This document shows positions 21,534-30,723 of a stretch of DNA of 32,000 nucleotides, piece by piece (positions within the stretch are counted from its first letter, which is position 1; every line of letters begins with the position of its first letter). Under the pieces are notes generated by a model, which saw only the letters and a program-made list of their open reading frames with translations, ran no database searches and had not been told where the DNA came from. Source of the stretch: Synechocystis sp. PCC 6803 substr. PCC-P (lineage in GTDB: Bacteria; Cyanobacteriota; Cyanobacteriia; Cyanobacteriales; Microcystaceae); NCBI RefSeq assembly GCF_000284455.1, contig NC_017039.1:2190001-2222000 (forward strand), read 5' to 3'. A program made the position numbers and the translations under genes.

Positions 21534-22561
21534 TGATGGCGGTAGATCCCAATCTTTTTCCTCTAATTGCTGTGATTATTCTAGGAGGATCTGCGCTGTT
21601 AGATTTTCTGTTGGGGGATCCTAAATCTTGGCGACATCCAGTGGAATTTATTGGTTCAGTCATTAACTTTGCTAGCCAGTTGATCATCCGCAAAGTTAAT
21701 GATAAAAATTCTAGACGTTTATGGGGCATTTTTTTAGGATTAAAAATCATTATCAGCAGTGGTTTTCTAGCTTGGTTAATCGTTTACTTGGCTGAAAAAG
21801 TCTCCCCTGTTTTAGCAGTAATTATCCAAATAATTGGGGTAGCAAGTTGTTTTGCTGGCCATAGTTTAGCCCAAGCGGCCCAGTCAGTGATAGAACCATT
21901 AAAAGCGGGAGATTTGCCCACTGCCCGACAAAAATTAGCCCTATTCGTGGGTAGGGATACGAATAATTTATCGGAGAGGGAAATCCTGCGGGCCACAGTG
22001 GAAAGCGTGGCGGAAAACACAGTGGATGGGGTTACTAGTCCTCTTTTTTATGCTCTTTTGGGCATTCTTTTTCCTTTTGTTGGCCCCTGGCCCCTGGCGA
22101 TCGCCTATAAAGCGGCCAGTACCCTGGATTCCATGGTGGGCTATAAACGGGAACCCTATACTGATTTAGGCTGGTTCAGTGCCCGTCTGGAGGATTATTT
22201 AACCTGGCTACCCTGTCGATTAACGGTGTTTATGTTGGCAATTTTATCGGGAAAACCAAAACAAACTTGGGCCATTGTCCGTCGGGATGGGCCCCTGGAT
22301 CCTAGTCCCAATTCCGGTTGGAGCGAAGCCATTTATGCCGCTATTTTGGGCATACAACTAGGAGGAGATAACTATTACCAGGGAGTATTGAAAAGCAAAC
22401 CTTTATTGGGAGATGGGATTCAGCCTTTAACCATAGCCAAAATTGCCCAAAGTTTATGGTATTCCCGCACGGTTTTTCTTTGGCAATTATTATTAGGCTT
22501 AACAGTAATATTAGCTATCCAAGCGGGCGCTATGTCGGAGATAAGCTTCAATAAAATCTGA
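21533..22561 (+). CDS. cobD: Adenosylcobinamide-phosphate synthase CobD/CbiB (cobalamin biosynthesis)
   Basis: [79 protein letters not shown]. Confidence 0.92.
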   Translation: MMAVDPNLFPLIAVIILGGSALLDFLLGDPKSWRHPVEFIGSVINFASQLIIRKVNDKNSRRLWGIFLGLKIIISSGFLAWLIVYLAEKVSPVLAVIIQIIGVASCFAGHSLAQAAQSVIEPLKAGDLPTARQKLALFVGRDTNNLSEREILRATVESVAENTVDGVTSPLFYALLGILFPFVGPWPLAIAYKAASTLDSMVGYKREPYTDLGWFSARLEDYLTWLPCRLTVFMLAILSGKPKQTWAIVRRDGPLDPSPNSGWSEAIYAAILGIQLGGDNYYQGVLKSKPLLGDGIQPLTIAKIAQSLWYSRTVFLWQLLLGLTVILAIQAGAMSEISFNKI

Positions 22562-23630
22562 TAATTCCCCATCCATCACGCCCCCCACATCGGTGGTTTC
22601 CACATTAGTCCGCAAATCTTTGACCAATTGGTAAGGATGAAAAACATAGTTGCGAATTTGGGTGCCCCAGGCCGCTTCCACCATGTCCCCTCGAATTTCG
22701 GCGATCGCCTGGGCCCGTTGCTCTTCTAGGACAATTAATAACTTAGCTTTGAGAATGGCTAGGGCCTTTTCTTTATTTTGTAACTGGGAACGTTCCTGGG
22801 TGCAACGCACAGCCAAACCTGTGGGTAGATGAACAATCCGTACAGCGGTTTCCACTTTGTTCACGTTTTGCCCGCCTTTACCGCCGGCCCTGGAGGTGGA
22901 AATGTCCAAATCCTTATCCGGAATATCCAAACTAATTGCTTCTTCCCCCAGCAAAGGCATCACTTCCACCCCAGCAAAGCTAGTCTGGCGTTTACCGTTG
23001 GCATTAAAAGGAGAAATACGCACCAAACGATGGGTGCCCTTTTCCGATTTGAGGTAACCGTAGGCGTAACGCCCTTCAATCTCCAACGTGACGGATTTTA
23101 AGCCCGCTTCGTCTCCCTCGGAAATTTCCGCCAAATGGACTTTGTAGCCCTGTTTTTCGCTCCAACGGGTGTACATCCGCAGCAGCATTTCCGCCCAGTC
23201 TTGGGCATCGGTCCCTCCAGCCCCCGCATTGATAGTTAAAGTGGCCCCTTTCGCGTCATAGGGGCCAGACAGTAACTGCTGCAGTTCCCAACGGTCTAAT
23301 TCTTTTTGCAGTTGTTCCAGGGTAGTTTCCGCTTCCGTCAGTAGGGCTTGGTCGTCCTCTAACTCCAAAAGCTCCACAATGGCCTGGCTATCTTGCCACT
23401 GCTGTTGCCAAATGCCCCATTGCTCTAACTGGGATTTTGTTTCGTTCAAAGTCTGGAGAATTTGTTGGGCTTGGTCCGTATCGTCCCAAAAATCCGGTTG
23501 GGCGGCGCACTGCTCCAAGTCTTGAACTTTGGCTTTTAATCCTGGCAGGTCAAAGATAGTCCTGGGTTTGCCCCAGGCGAGAGGAGATTAGTTCTAGGTT
23601 TCTTTTCAGGTCTGTTAATTCGGTGATCAT
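22511..23630 (-). CDS. prfB: Peptide chain release factor 2, expressed via +1 programmed frameshift: complement join of 23630..23553 and 23551..22511
   Basis: GGQ motif in [33 protein letters not shown] (SPF). The 5' segment [26 protein letters not shown] precedes an in-frame TGA (23552..23550) within TATCTTTGAC. Confidence 0.96.
23549..23558 (-). promoter_or_regulatory. RF2 +1 recoding site (TAT CTT TGA C)
   Basis: Minus strand reads CAG GAC TAT CTT TGA CCTGCC. TGA is codon 27 from ATG 23630, with an AGGA Shine-Dalgarno-like tract 4 nt before CTT. Confidence 0.93.
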
Positions 23631-23976
23631 TGAGCAAAAACAGTCTTTGACGCCAATCCAAGTATATGACCATTGGGCTAGCCCCGCACTGAGGGGGATT
23701 CATCAACAAAACTTATCGTGTTTGTCAAGATTTGTTAATTTTGCTTGGCTAGTCAAATTATTATCCCTATCATTTTGTAAATATGGATACAGAAATTATT
23801 CCTTTGACTTCCAAATTGCCCTGGTTGTCGTTCCTAGAGTCTTGGATTTTCTCCCGCTTTAGGGAACTTCAGTGGGGACTTGGGTAGGGAATCCCCGGAT
23901 AAGTGCTAAAGAACTGGGCAGGCTCGGGGGTGCTTTTGGGAAGAATTTCGCCGGTTAGTAAAATGGAGAGGACTTT

Positions 23977-24222
23977 ATGTCGCCACAAATGAACCTGTTT
24001 AATGCAACGGCATCGACGCCGGTCAATGAAATAGCTGGGGGTTGGCACGGTTTTTGTCAGATTACGTATAACCGAGATACTTGGGTCAAATTACTGGAGA
24101 AGCCGGGGAGCTATGCCTTCGATGAGGCTAAGTTACTTTGCCAGGATACTTCCACCACCTGGGTTGCCTGGGTGCCGGACCACGGGGAAGTTGTTTTAGA
24201 CCGCAGTGATTTTTATTGTTAA
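23977..24222 (+). CDS. Small hypothetical protein (81 aa)
   Basis: Compact ORF in the gap between two minus-strand genes. MSPQMNLFNATASTPVNEIAGGWHGFCQITYNRDTWVKLLEKPGSYAFDEAKLLCQDTSTTWVAWVPDHGEVVLDRSDFYC looks protein-like and does not oppose another gene. Confidence 0.65.
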   Translation: MSPQMNLFNATASTPVNEIAGGWHGFCQITYNRDTWVKLLEKPGSYAFDEAKLLCQDTSTTWVAWVPDHGEVVLDRSDFYC

Positions 24223-24301
24223 ACAGTTTGGCGACCGAAGTTGGCGATCCGGGTTGATATGCTGCCCAAGCTAGAATCTTTCTGGATCGCTGAAGTTGAG
24301 A

Positions 24302-27001
24302 TTACTCGTCTAGACCGAAATCTGGGGCCAGGGGAGGGACGATCGCCTCTTCGTTGGGGGAGTCCACTGGACCGCGGAAAATAAACACAGTGGTGTTGGT
24401 TTGGCTAGCGATTTGGGTGGGTAAATTGCCGTGGATGACATTTTTGAGCAATCCTTCCCTACTGGCCCCCAGCACGATTGCCGCACATTCACGCATTTCC
24501 GCCAGGTCACTGAGGGCATCGGCAATGGAAGTGGAGCACACAGGAATGGGAATAATCGGTCTTTGTAACTGTTCTGACCACCGTTCTGCCAGGTTTTTTA
24601 AATCGTAAAAAGGGTCATAGCGCTGGGATTGACGGGGTAGATAAACTTTAGAAATCAGTAGCTGGGGGTTATTTTCCTCCGGGTAAAGGGAAAACAACGC
24701 CGGCAACAGATTTAACATTTTTTCAATGTTGGGGCCTCCCGCTACCGGCATTAACCAGTGGGCCATGGGGGATAAATAGCGGGGATAGGCGTGGTCATTG
24801 GTGCCCTGTTTAACCATTAATAAAGAGCAGGGGGCTTGGTCAATCAGGCGATCCGTGATTTGGCCAAAAATTTGGCCGCCAATGGGCATTTCCCCTTGCC
24901 ATTCAAGGATTAGCAGGTCGCTATGGCGGGTTTGAATGGTATCAAGGATGGTGTCGGTAATGCTGTAGGCCAGCTTGATTTCCGTATGGAATAACACTCT
25001 CTGGTGGCGGGCAATGCGTTCCAGTTTTTGCATCAGTTGCCGTTGCCTCTGCCATTGCACCCTTTGCACAGAAGGGGATTGAGCTTTAGATACCTTGACC
25101 ACCTGCAAACAGTCAATTTCGTAGTTTTGCTTTTTGGCGATTGCCGCCGCAATTTGAAACAAAACTAAAGCACTATCGGAGTCCCGGATGGGTAATAAAA
25201 TGCGCCCTTCTCCCACCAACGGCGATCGGGTTTGGTATACGCTGTAGGCGGGATGGGGAGGATGGATAATTTGCCCCCCTAACTGACTCACTTCCTCCCG
25301 AATAATGTCTGTGCGGGTGATAATGCCCACTAATTTGTTGTCCCCTTCCACCACCGGCAACCGGGAAAGTTGATAACGGTTGAGCAAATAGAGCACATCA
25401 CTGAGGGGCGCTTCCGGATCTACAGTGATGGGATTGGGGGTCATAATTTGCTTAAGGGCAATGTGCACCGACTCCTGGGCCGCATTGGCCAAATCCGTTT
25501 GGGTAAATACCCCCACCAGTTTGCCCCCCTGCACCACGGGAAAGCCCCGGTGATGGGAATTGGACATAATCGGTAGCACCTGGGCTAGGGTGAGACTCTG
25601 CTCCAGGCTTTCCACCTCCGTTTTCATTACCTGGCCAGCTCGGATATCAGCGAGAAAGTCATGGTCTGGCTTTTCCTCTGCCAAAAAAATGCCCTTGGTT
25701 TCCAGCAAATGATCGTACAAAGAACGGGGAAAGAGACTTTCCGCCACTAGATAGGACGTGGCACAGGCCACCATCAGGGGAAGCACCACGTTGAAATTGC
25801 CCGTTAGCTCAAAAACAATGATGATCGCCGTCACTGGCACCCGCACCACACTAGTGAAAAAAGCGCCCATCCCCGCCAGGGCAAAGGTAGTTTGGGTAAC
25901 TTGATCTTGCCAATAACTGCCAAATTCCCCCACCAGATAACCCAGGGCCGACCCCATCACTAAAGCCGGCGCAAATAATCCTCCCGGCGCATCGGTGCTG
26001 TAGGCCAGGATAGTCAAAATGAAATGGGCCACTAAGGTCAAAACTACCTGATGCCAACTCAGTTCTCCGGAAGTAACAAATTCCCTCAGCCCTGCATTGT
26101 CCCGAAAAAAGCTCGGCAATAGGGCGATCGCCACGCCGGAAATTAAGCCCACAACACCAATGCGAATAACCAGGGAAAGGTTCTGTTTTCTTTGCCAGTT
26201 TTGCAGGGAGAGAATACTGCGGTTGAGCAAAACCCCCAAAATGCCAGCCAAAATTCCCAGTAAAAGATAGAAAGGAATCTCCCCCGTAGTAAAACGCACC
26301 GTTGGGCTATTGCTTAAGCTATGGGCCAGGTTAAGGTCACTGGATTGGAATACCAAAGACGTGACAGCCCCCACGAAGGAAGCGACGATCGCCGTTTCTA
26401 GGGTCAAGCTAGACACATCCCGCATTAATTCTTCCACCACAAACAAAACCCCAGCAATGGGGGTGGTGAAGCCCGCCGCTAATCCCGCCGCCGCCCCGGC
26501 CGCAATCATTTGCCGCCGATGTTCCGGGGAAGTGGGAAACCACCGACTCAACTGGGCCGCTAGAGCTGCGCCAATATGAACCGTGGGAGCCCGCCGTCCC
26601 AAGGTCATGCCTCCCCCCAGCACTAGCACTGTTCCCAACAGCTTGACCACCGCCACCCGCCAATCTAGGGGAATAGGATACCGAGCCAGGGCCGCTTTCA
26701 CCTGGGGAATGCCACCGCCCCCCGCCGGTCGGGAAAATTGTTCAATTAATGCCCCCGCCAAACCCCCAAACACCAAGCCAAAACAGGGCAGCACCCAAAT
26801 GGCCCCATAGGTATCCGCCAGACTCAAACGGCTGGACCCTAACCAGTTGACTCCGTTTTTAATTACTAAGGCCGCTAGGGCAGAAACAAATCCGATCACA
26901 CAGGCTTCGGCGATCGCATAACGGCTATCGATGGCAGTGCGGCCATAGTGTCGAGAGCGCAACCATTGTTGCCACCGTTGCCAAAAGGGAAACCAAGCCA
27001 T
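24302..27001 (-). CDS. CLC-family chloride channel/transporter fused to a CBS pair and two C-terminal USP-like domains (899 aa)
   Basis: CLC signatures [66 protein letters not shown]-like (GGLFAPALV). CBS pair [13 protein letters not shown]...[43 protein letters not shown]-like VFRGP/LLVMKQG regions. Confidence 0.92.
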   Translation of the reverse strand: MAWFPFWQRWQQWLRSRHYGRTAIDSRYAIAEACVIGFVSALAALVIKNGVNWLGSSRLSLADTYGAIWVLPCFGLVFGGLAGALIEQFSRPAGGGGIPQVKAALARYPIPLDWRVAVVKLLGTVLVLGGGMTLGRRAPTVHIGAALAAQLSRWFPTSPEHRRQMIAAGAAAGLAAGFTTPIAGVLFVVEELMRDVSSLTLETAIVASFVGAVTSLVFQSSDLNLAHSLSNSPTVRFTTGEIPFYLLLGILAGILGVLLNRSILSLQNWQRKQNLSLVIRIGVVGLISGVAIALLPSFFRDNAGLREFVTSGELSWHQVVLTLVAHFILTILAYSTDAPGGLFAPALVMGSALGYLVGEFGSYWQDQVTQTTFALAGMGAFFTSVVRVPVTAIIIVFELTGNFNVVLPLMVACATSYLVAESLFPRSLYDHLLETKGIFLAEEKPDHDFLADIRAGQVMKTEVESLEQSLTLAQVLPIMSNSHHRGFPVVQGGKLVGVFTQTDLANAAQESVHIALKQIMTPNPITVDPEAPLSDVLYLLNRYQLSRLPVVEGDNKLVGIITRTDIIREEVSQLGGQIIHPPHPAYSVYQTRSPLVGEGRILLPIRDSDSALVLFQIAAAIAKKQNYEIDCLQVVKVSKAQSPSVQRVQWQRQRQLMQKLERIARHQRVLFHTEIKLAYSITDTILDTIQTRHSDLLILEWQGEMPIGGQIFGQITDRLIDQAPCSLLMVKQGTNDHAYPRYLSPMAHWLMPVAGGPNIEKMLNLLPALFSLYPEENNPQLLISKVYLPRQSQRYDPFYDLKNLAERWSEQLQRPIIPIPVCSTSIADALSDLAEMRECAAIVLGASREGLLKNVIHGNLPTQIASQTNTTVFIFRGPVDSPNEEAIVPPLAPDFGLDE

Positions 27002-27115
27002 GGAGAGAAGAGAATTACTAAAACAGGTTTAGGGCAAATTTGGGGATTGCGTCGCCATCCGGCAATCAGTTTGTTACAATGGCAGCGGTCACCACAGCCT
27101 TTGAAGAGAGCGTCT

Positions 27116-27619
27116 TTGAGCCAAGTTGTTAATATCCCTACCCTAGATACCTTAGCGCAGGAACTGGCCGCTATTCAGCAAACTGGTTCTAAACGTATTG
27201 CCCTGCTAGGATCTCGCCATGTGCCGATAACCCACCAACAGTTGATCGAAATGATGAGCTACGCCTTGGTGTTGGGGGGTAACCATCTGGTCACTTCCGG
27301 CGCTACGGGCACTAATTCGGCCGTCATTAAGGGGGCTATGCGGGCCGATCCTAATTTACTCACGGTAATTTTGCCCCAAAGTTTAGACCGCCAGCCAAGA
27401 GAATCCCGTAATCAGTTGGGACAGGTAGTCCATCTGGTGGAAAATACTGAAAATGATAGTCTTTCCCTGGGGGAAGCCAGCACCATTTGTAACCGAGAAA
27501 TTGTCAGTCGTTGTCAACAGTTGATTTGCTTTGCATTCCACGAAAGTCATACCCTTTTGCAAACCTGTGCGGAAGCAGAGGAGCAAAGAAAACTGGTCAC
27601 CCTTTTCTATTTTGATTAA
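27116..27619 (+). CDS. Rossmann-fold SLOG/DprA-like protein (function unknown)
   Basis: RIALLGSRHVPITHQQLIEMMSYALVLGGNHLVTSGATGTNSAVIKGAMRAD...LTVILPQSLDRQP resembles DprA/SLOG nucleotide-binding folds. No in-frame ATG in the right place; TTG at 27116 (after GAAGAGAG) or 27101 is likely. Confidence 0.6.
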   Translation: MSQVVNIPTLDTLAQELAAIQQTGSKRIALLGSRHVPITHQQLIEMMSYALVLGGNHLVTSGATGTNSAVIKGAMRADPNLLTVILPQSLDRQPRESRNQLGQVVHLVENTENDSLSLGEASTICNREIVSRCQQLICFAFHESHTLLQTCAEAEEQRKLVTLFYFD

Positions 27620-28787
27620 TTCTAGGGATTTAAATTTTGCTGATTGGCTAGAGCGGCGTTGGGTGACTCCTTCCTATGCTGGTTGGTTGCTTTTGGTGCT
27701 GGCCGTTTGTTTATTTGGAGCTGCCACTAACTCCATGGCCGGCTGGTTATACGTCATCAGCGGCATCAGCTTTGCCCTCTTGATTATTGCGGCTATTTTG
27801 CCTTGGCGATCGCTCCGGCAGTTGCAGTTAGAACGTTTTCCCATTCAGCCGGTGAGTGCGGGGGAAGATTTGACCATTACCCTCCGACTCCATAACAACC
27901 ATAAGGAGGCAAAAAATTTACTCCAGGTGTGGGATGTATTACCCACAGGTTTGGGACGGCCCCAAGGTGAGGCGGTCGAACTGGTTGCCCCCAAGGATTT
28001 TTACCAATGGAGTTATTTCCAGCCCACCCACCGGAGGGGAGTTTACCACTGGCAAAAGTTGGAATTACGCTCCGGTGCCCCCCTGGGTTTGTTTTGGTGT
28101 CGTCGCAGTCAGGCTCTCCCCGTGAAAGCCATTGTTTATCCCCAGGTGCTCAAGCTCCAACAATGTCCTTTGGTGGATGCTATTGGTACGGAGGATCAGG
28201 ACAAGATCCAGAGCGATCGCCATTATCAGGCGGCGACGGAGGGCATAACGAAAACTTTACGGGCTTACCGTTTTGGTGATCCCACCAGGTTAATCCACTG
28301 GCGCAGTAGTGCCCGATTTGACCAATTTATGGTGCGGGAATTGGAAGTGGTGACAGGGGGTCAGGAGTTATTCATTGCCCTTGATAGTGCTAGTTCTTGG
28401 TCAGCAGAAATTTTTGAAGAGGCAGTCATTGCGGCGGCTTCTTTATATTTCTATGCGGTGCGGGCCCAGTTGAATGTGCGGCTATGGACAGCGGGGGCAG
28501 GCTTAGTGGCCGGTGGGCGATCGGTATTGGAAGCTTTAGCAGCGGTGCAAATGGAGGAATCTAACCAGCATGAACTACCCCGACGTATTCCTTTGCTGTG
28601 GATCACCGGCCGGGCTGACAGTGTGCAGGATTTGGCCAGTTACAGTCGTTGGCTCTATTTTGCTCCACCGGGGGCATCAGCTTCCCCTCACTCTGCCCTT
28701 TGTGCTGGCTTGATGGTTGAGGTAGGTAAAGATTTGTCCCAACAACTGCAGCGGCCTCCGAATTTTTCCCCAAGGATAGTTAGTTAG
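27612..28787 (+). CDS. DUF58-family membrane-associated protein
   Basis: Two N-terminal TM segments, VSAGEDLTITLRLHNNH, GAPLGLFWCRR, and DPTRLIHWRSSARFDQFMVRELE (the DUF58 signature). Start ambiguous (TTG 27612; open frame from 27531 overlaps the previous gene). Confidence 0.82.
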   Translation: MINSRDLNFADWLERRWVTPSYAGWLLLVLAVCLFGAATNSMAGWLYVISGISFALLIIAAILPWRSLRQLQLERFPIQPVSAGEDLTITLRLHNNHKEAKNLLQVWDVLPTGLGRPQGEAVELVAPKDFYQWSYFQPTHRRGVYHWQKLELRSGAPLGLFWCRRSQALPVKAIVYPQVLKLQQCPLVDAIGTEDQDKIQSDRHYQAATEGITKTLRAYRFGDPTRLIHWRSSARFDQFMVRELEVVTGGQELFIALDSASSWSAEIFEEAVIAAASLYFYAVRAQLNVRLWTAGAGLVAGGRSVLEALAAVQMEESNQHELPRRIPLLWITGRADSVQDLASYSRWLYFAPPGASASPHSALCAGLMVEVGKDLSQQLQRPPNFSPRIVS

Positions 28788-28816
28788 ACATTAAAACAAT
28801 ACGTGTTTATGCTGAA

Positions 28817-28832
28817 TGTGTCCTGGGTCACT
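28817..28832 (+). promoter_or_regulatory. Candidate CRP (SyCRP1-like) binding site upstream of the minor-pilin cluster
   Basis: TGTGTCCTGGGTCACT matches TGTGA-N6-TCACA with one mismatch per half-site. A possible -10 TAATAT lies at 28854-28859. Confidence 0.45.
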
Positions 28833-28911
28833 CAATGGTGAATGGTGTTAGAGTAATATCATCAGCCACGATATGCTCCCCCCAGGCTTTTATCTCTCGT
28901 CAGGTTCAGCT

Positions 28912-29457
28912 ATGTTTAAGGCTATTTTCCCAAGGTATTCCGTTGGCGATCGCCGTTTGCTAGAGTCAGTCCGCCACTCAGCTCAGCAGGGTTTCACCAT
29001 GTTCGAGGTGCTGATTGCCTTGATGATTTCCTTTCTATTTCTGACAGGAACCCTGAATGCCATGGTAATGGCAACGGTAATGCGGGTTAAAGCGGAAAGA
29101 GAGGCCCAAGCTGGCTATTGGATAAAAGAAGATTTAGAGCAAGTTCGGGCATTAGCTGCAAACTTCAATCCGGCAACTGGTAATGGATGCCCTACAAGTG
29201 TGGGTGAAACTTTTCGAGATGCAAACAATAGTGCTGACGCCGATCCTAACAATGATGGACTAGCGAGCTTACCAGTTCCTGCCAACAAATCAATTGTCGG
29301 TGTAACAGCCGCTATTACTAGAACACCAGGGGTATCTAATAACGTTTTAACTCTTAGCTATCGTGTCAGGAACACCAATGTCACCGACAATGATATGGCT
29401 ACCCTTGCAACACTTTACACCGAGGTTCTTCCTGCTGCCGCTCTTGCTTGTGAATAG
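28912..29457 (+). CDS. Type IV minor pilin / prepilin-like protein (PilV-like)
   Basis: Prepilin peptidase site HSAQQG|FTMFEVLIALMISFLFLTG with Glu+5. Internal ATG at 28912. Possibly the gene called pilA5 in PCC 6803 (from memory). Confidence 0.88.
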   Translation: MFKAIFPRYSVGDRRLLESVRHSAQQGFTMFEVLIALMISFLFLTGTLNAMVMATVMRVKAEREAQAGYWIKEDLEQVRALAANFNPATGNGCPTSVGETFRDANNSADADPNNDGLASLPVPANKSIVGVTAAITRTPGVSNNVLTLSYRVRNTNVTDNDMATLATLYTEVLPAAALACE

Positions 29458-29479
29458 ATCATTGAGATGAATAATGGTG

Positions 29480-30025
29480 ATGAAACTTCCTAATCCTACA
29501 TTTCTTTTAAAACTGGTTTTCAATCCCCATCCATCTACGTCTAGTCAGGGATGGACACTAATTGAGATTGGTGTAGTCACAGTTATAGTAGGTATCTTAG
29601 CAGCCATGGCTTTCCCCAGTTTGGCAGGAATACAAGCTAGAAACCAAGTCAGAAGCAGAATGATTGAGGTCAGGGCTGCAGTACAGGAAGCCCAAAGAAA
29701 TGCAATTAAAAGAGGTGCGACTTGCACTGTAACGATTGATGTTGCTGCTAGGAGTGTTAGGTTGCCCACCTCTCCACCTACCCCCATGGCTGGATGTTTA
29801 AATAACCCTGTAAGTATTCCTACGTCTGAACAAATCAGCTTTCTTGAACCATCCTCTGGTACGGTTGATATTTCTTTTTCTTATAAGGGCAATACAGTAA
29901 ACTCACAGACGATAGTTTTGGGTTCCAGTAGAACATCCTATGAGCCATGCTTAGTAATTTCTTCCGGCTTGGGAATCGTGCGTTCTGGTTCCCGTGTAGG
30001 TGGTAACTGCGTAACTGGATTATGA
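29480..30025 (+). CDS. Type IV minor pilin, GspH/FimT-like
   Basis: SSQG|WTLIEIGVVTVIVGILAAMAFPSLAGIQARNQVRSRMIEVRAAVQEAQRNAIKRG, typical GspH/FimT N-terminal helix. Confidence 0.88.
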   Translation: MKLPNPTFLLKLVFNPHPSTSSQGWTLIEIGVVTVIVGILAAMAFPSLAGIQARNQVRSRMIEVRAAVQEAQRNAIKRGATCTVTIDVAARSVRLPTSPPTPMAGCLNNPVSIPTSEQISFLEPSSGTVDISFSYKGNTVNSQTIVLGSSRTSYEPCLVISSGLGIVRSGSRVGGNCVTGL

Positions 30026-30141
30026 TTTGTTAAGTAAAATTAAGTTTTGTGAATATTTGTCTGGGTGTTTCTTTCACCACTTGCTTTTTTGATCACTATA
30101 AATATACTAAAGCCTAATGATCTTGAACAAGACTTTGCATT

Positions 30142-30702
30142 ATGGCTTACAAGAATGAACTGATAAAAGCCTTAAAACTTTGCCTATTCACCCAAAAGAG
30201 CACATCAGGTTGGACATTAATCGAAATTGGCGTTGTGACCACAATTGTGGGAATTTTGGCCAGCGTGGCATTTCCCTCACTCATGGGCATAAAGGCTAAA
30301 ATGGATACTAGGGGTGAATTTTCTGAGGTGGTACAGACTCTCCGACAGGCTCAACGTAATGCAGTCAAAATGGGTAGAGAATGTAGATTGATTATGGATA
30401 CCACCAACACCCCACACCGCCTACAACTGGATCCCGATGCAAAATACACTGGATGTTTAACATTTCAGGAATTTCCTCTGAACAATAGTAAGTTCCATGA
30501 GAATTTTCCCGGTACAGCAATTCGCTTTTCTTACAAGGGAAACTCTACTAACATGGGAACGATGGTTATTCAGTCATCTTTTTCTCCCACAGTAAGTTAT
30601 TGTTTGGCCATGTCTGGCATGATTGGTGTAATGAGAGCAGGGGTTTACGAAGGAGATCCAGAAACAGCTATTGATCCCACGCAATGCAGAACTGGTTATT
30701 AG
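30142..30702 (+). CDS. Type IV minor pilin, GspH/FimT-like (paralogue of the preceding gene)
   Basis: TSG|WTLIEIGVVTTIVGILASVAFPSLMGIKAKMDTRGEFSEVVQTLRQAQRNAVKMG, closely parallel to the upstream protein. Confidence 0.88.
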   Translation: MAYKNELIKALKLCLFTQKSTSGWTLIEIGVVTTIVGILASVAFPSLMGIKAKMDTRGEFSEVVQTLRQAQRNAVKMGRECRLIMDTTNTPHRLQLDPDAKYTGCLTFQEFPLNNSKFHENFPGTAIRFSYKGNSTNMGTMVIQSSFSPTVSYCLAMSGMIGVMRAGVYEGDPETAIDPTQCRTGY

Positions 30703-30723
30703 CAAAACTAAGGAGATAAGACA

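Noticed and set aside
23623-23862. 79-aa plus-strand ORF upstream of the small hypothetical gene
   Set aside because: No recognisable motif, overlaps the prfB start and is probably a chance ORF in the intergenic region.
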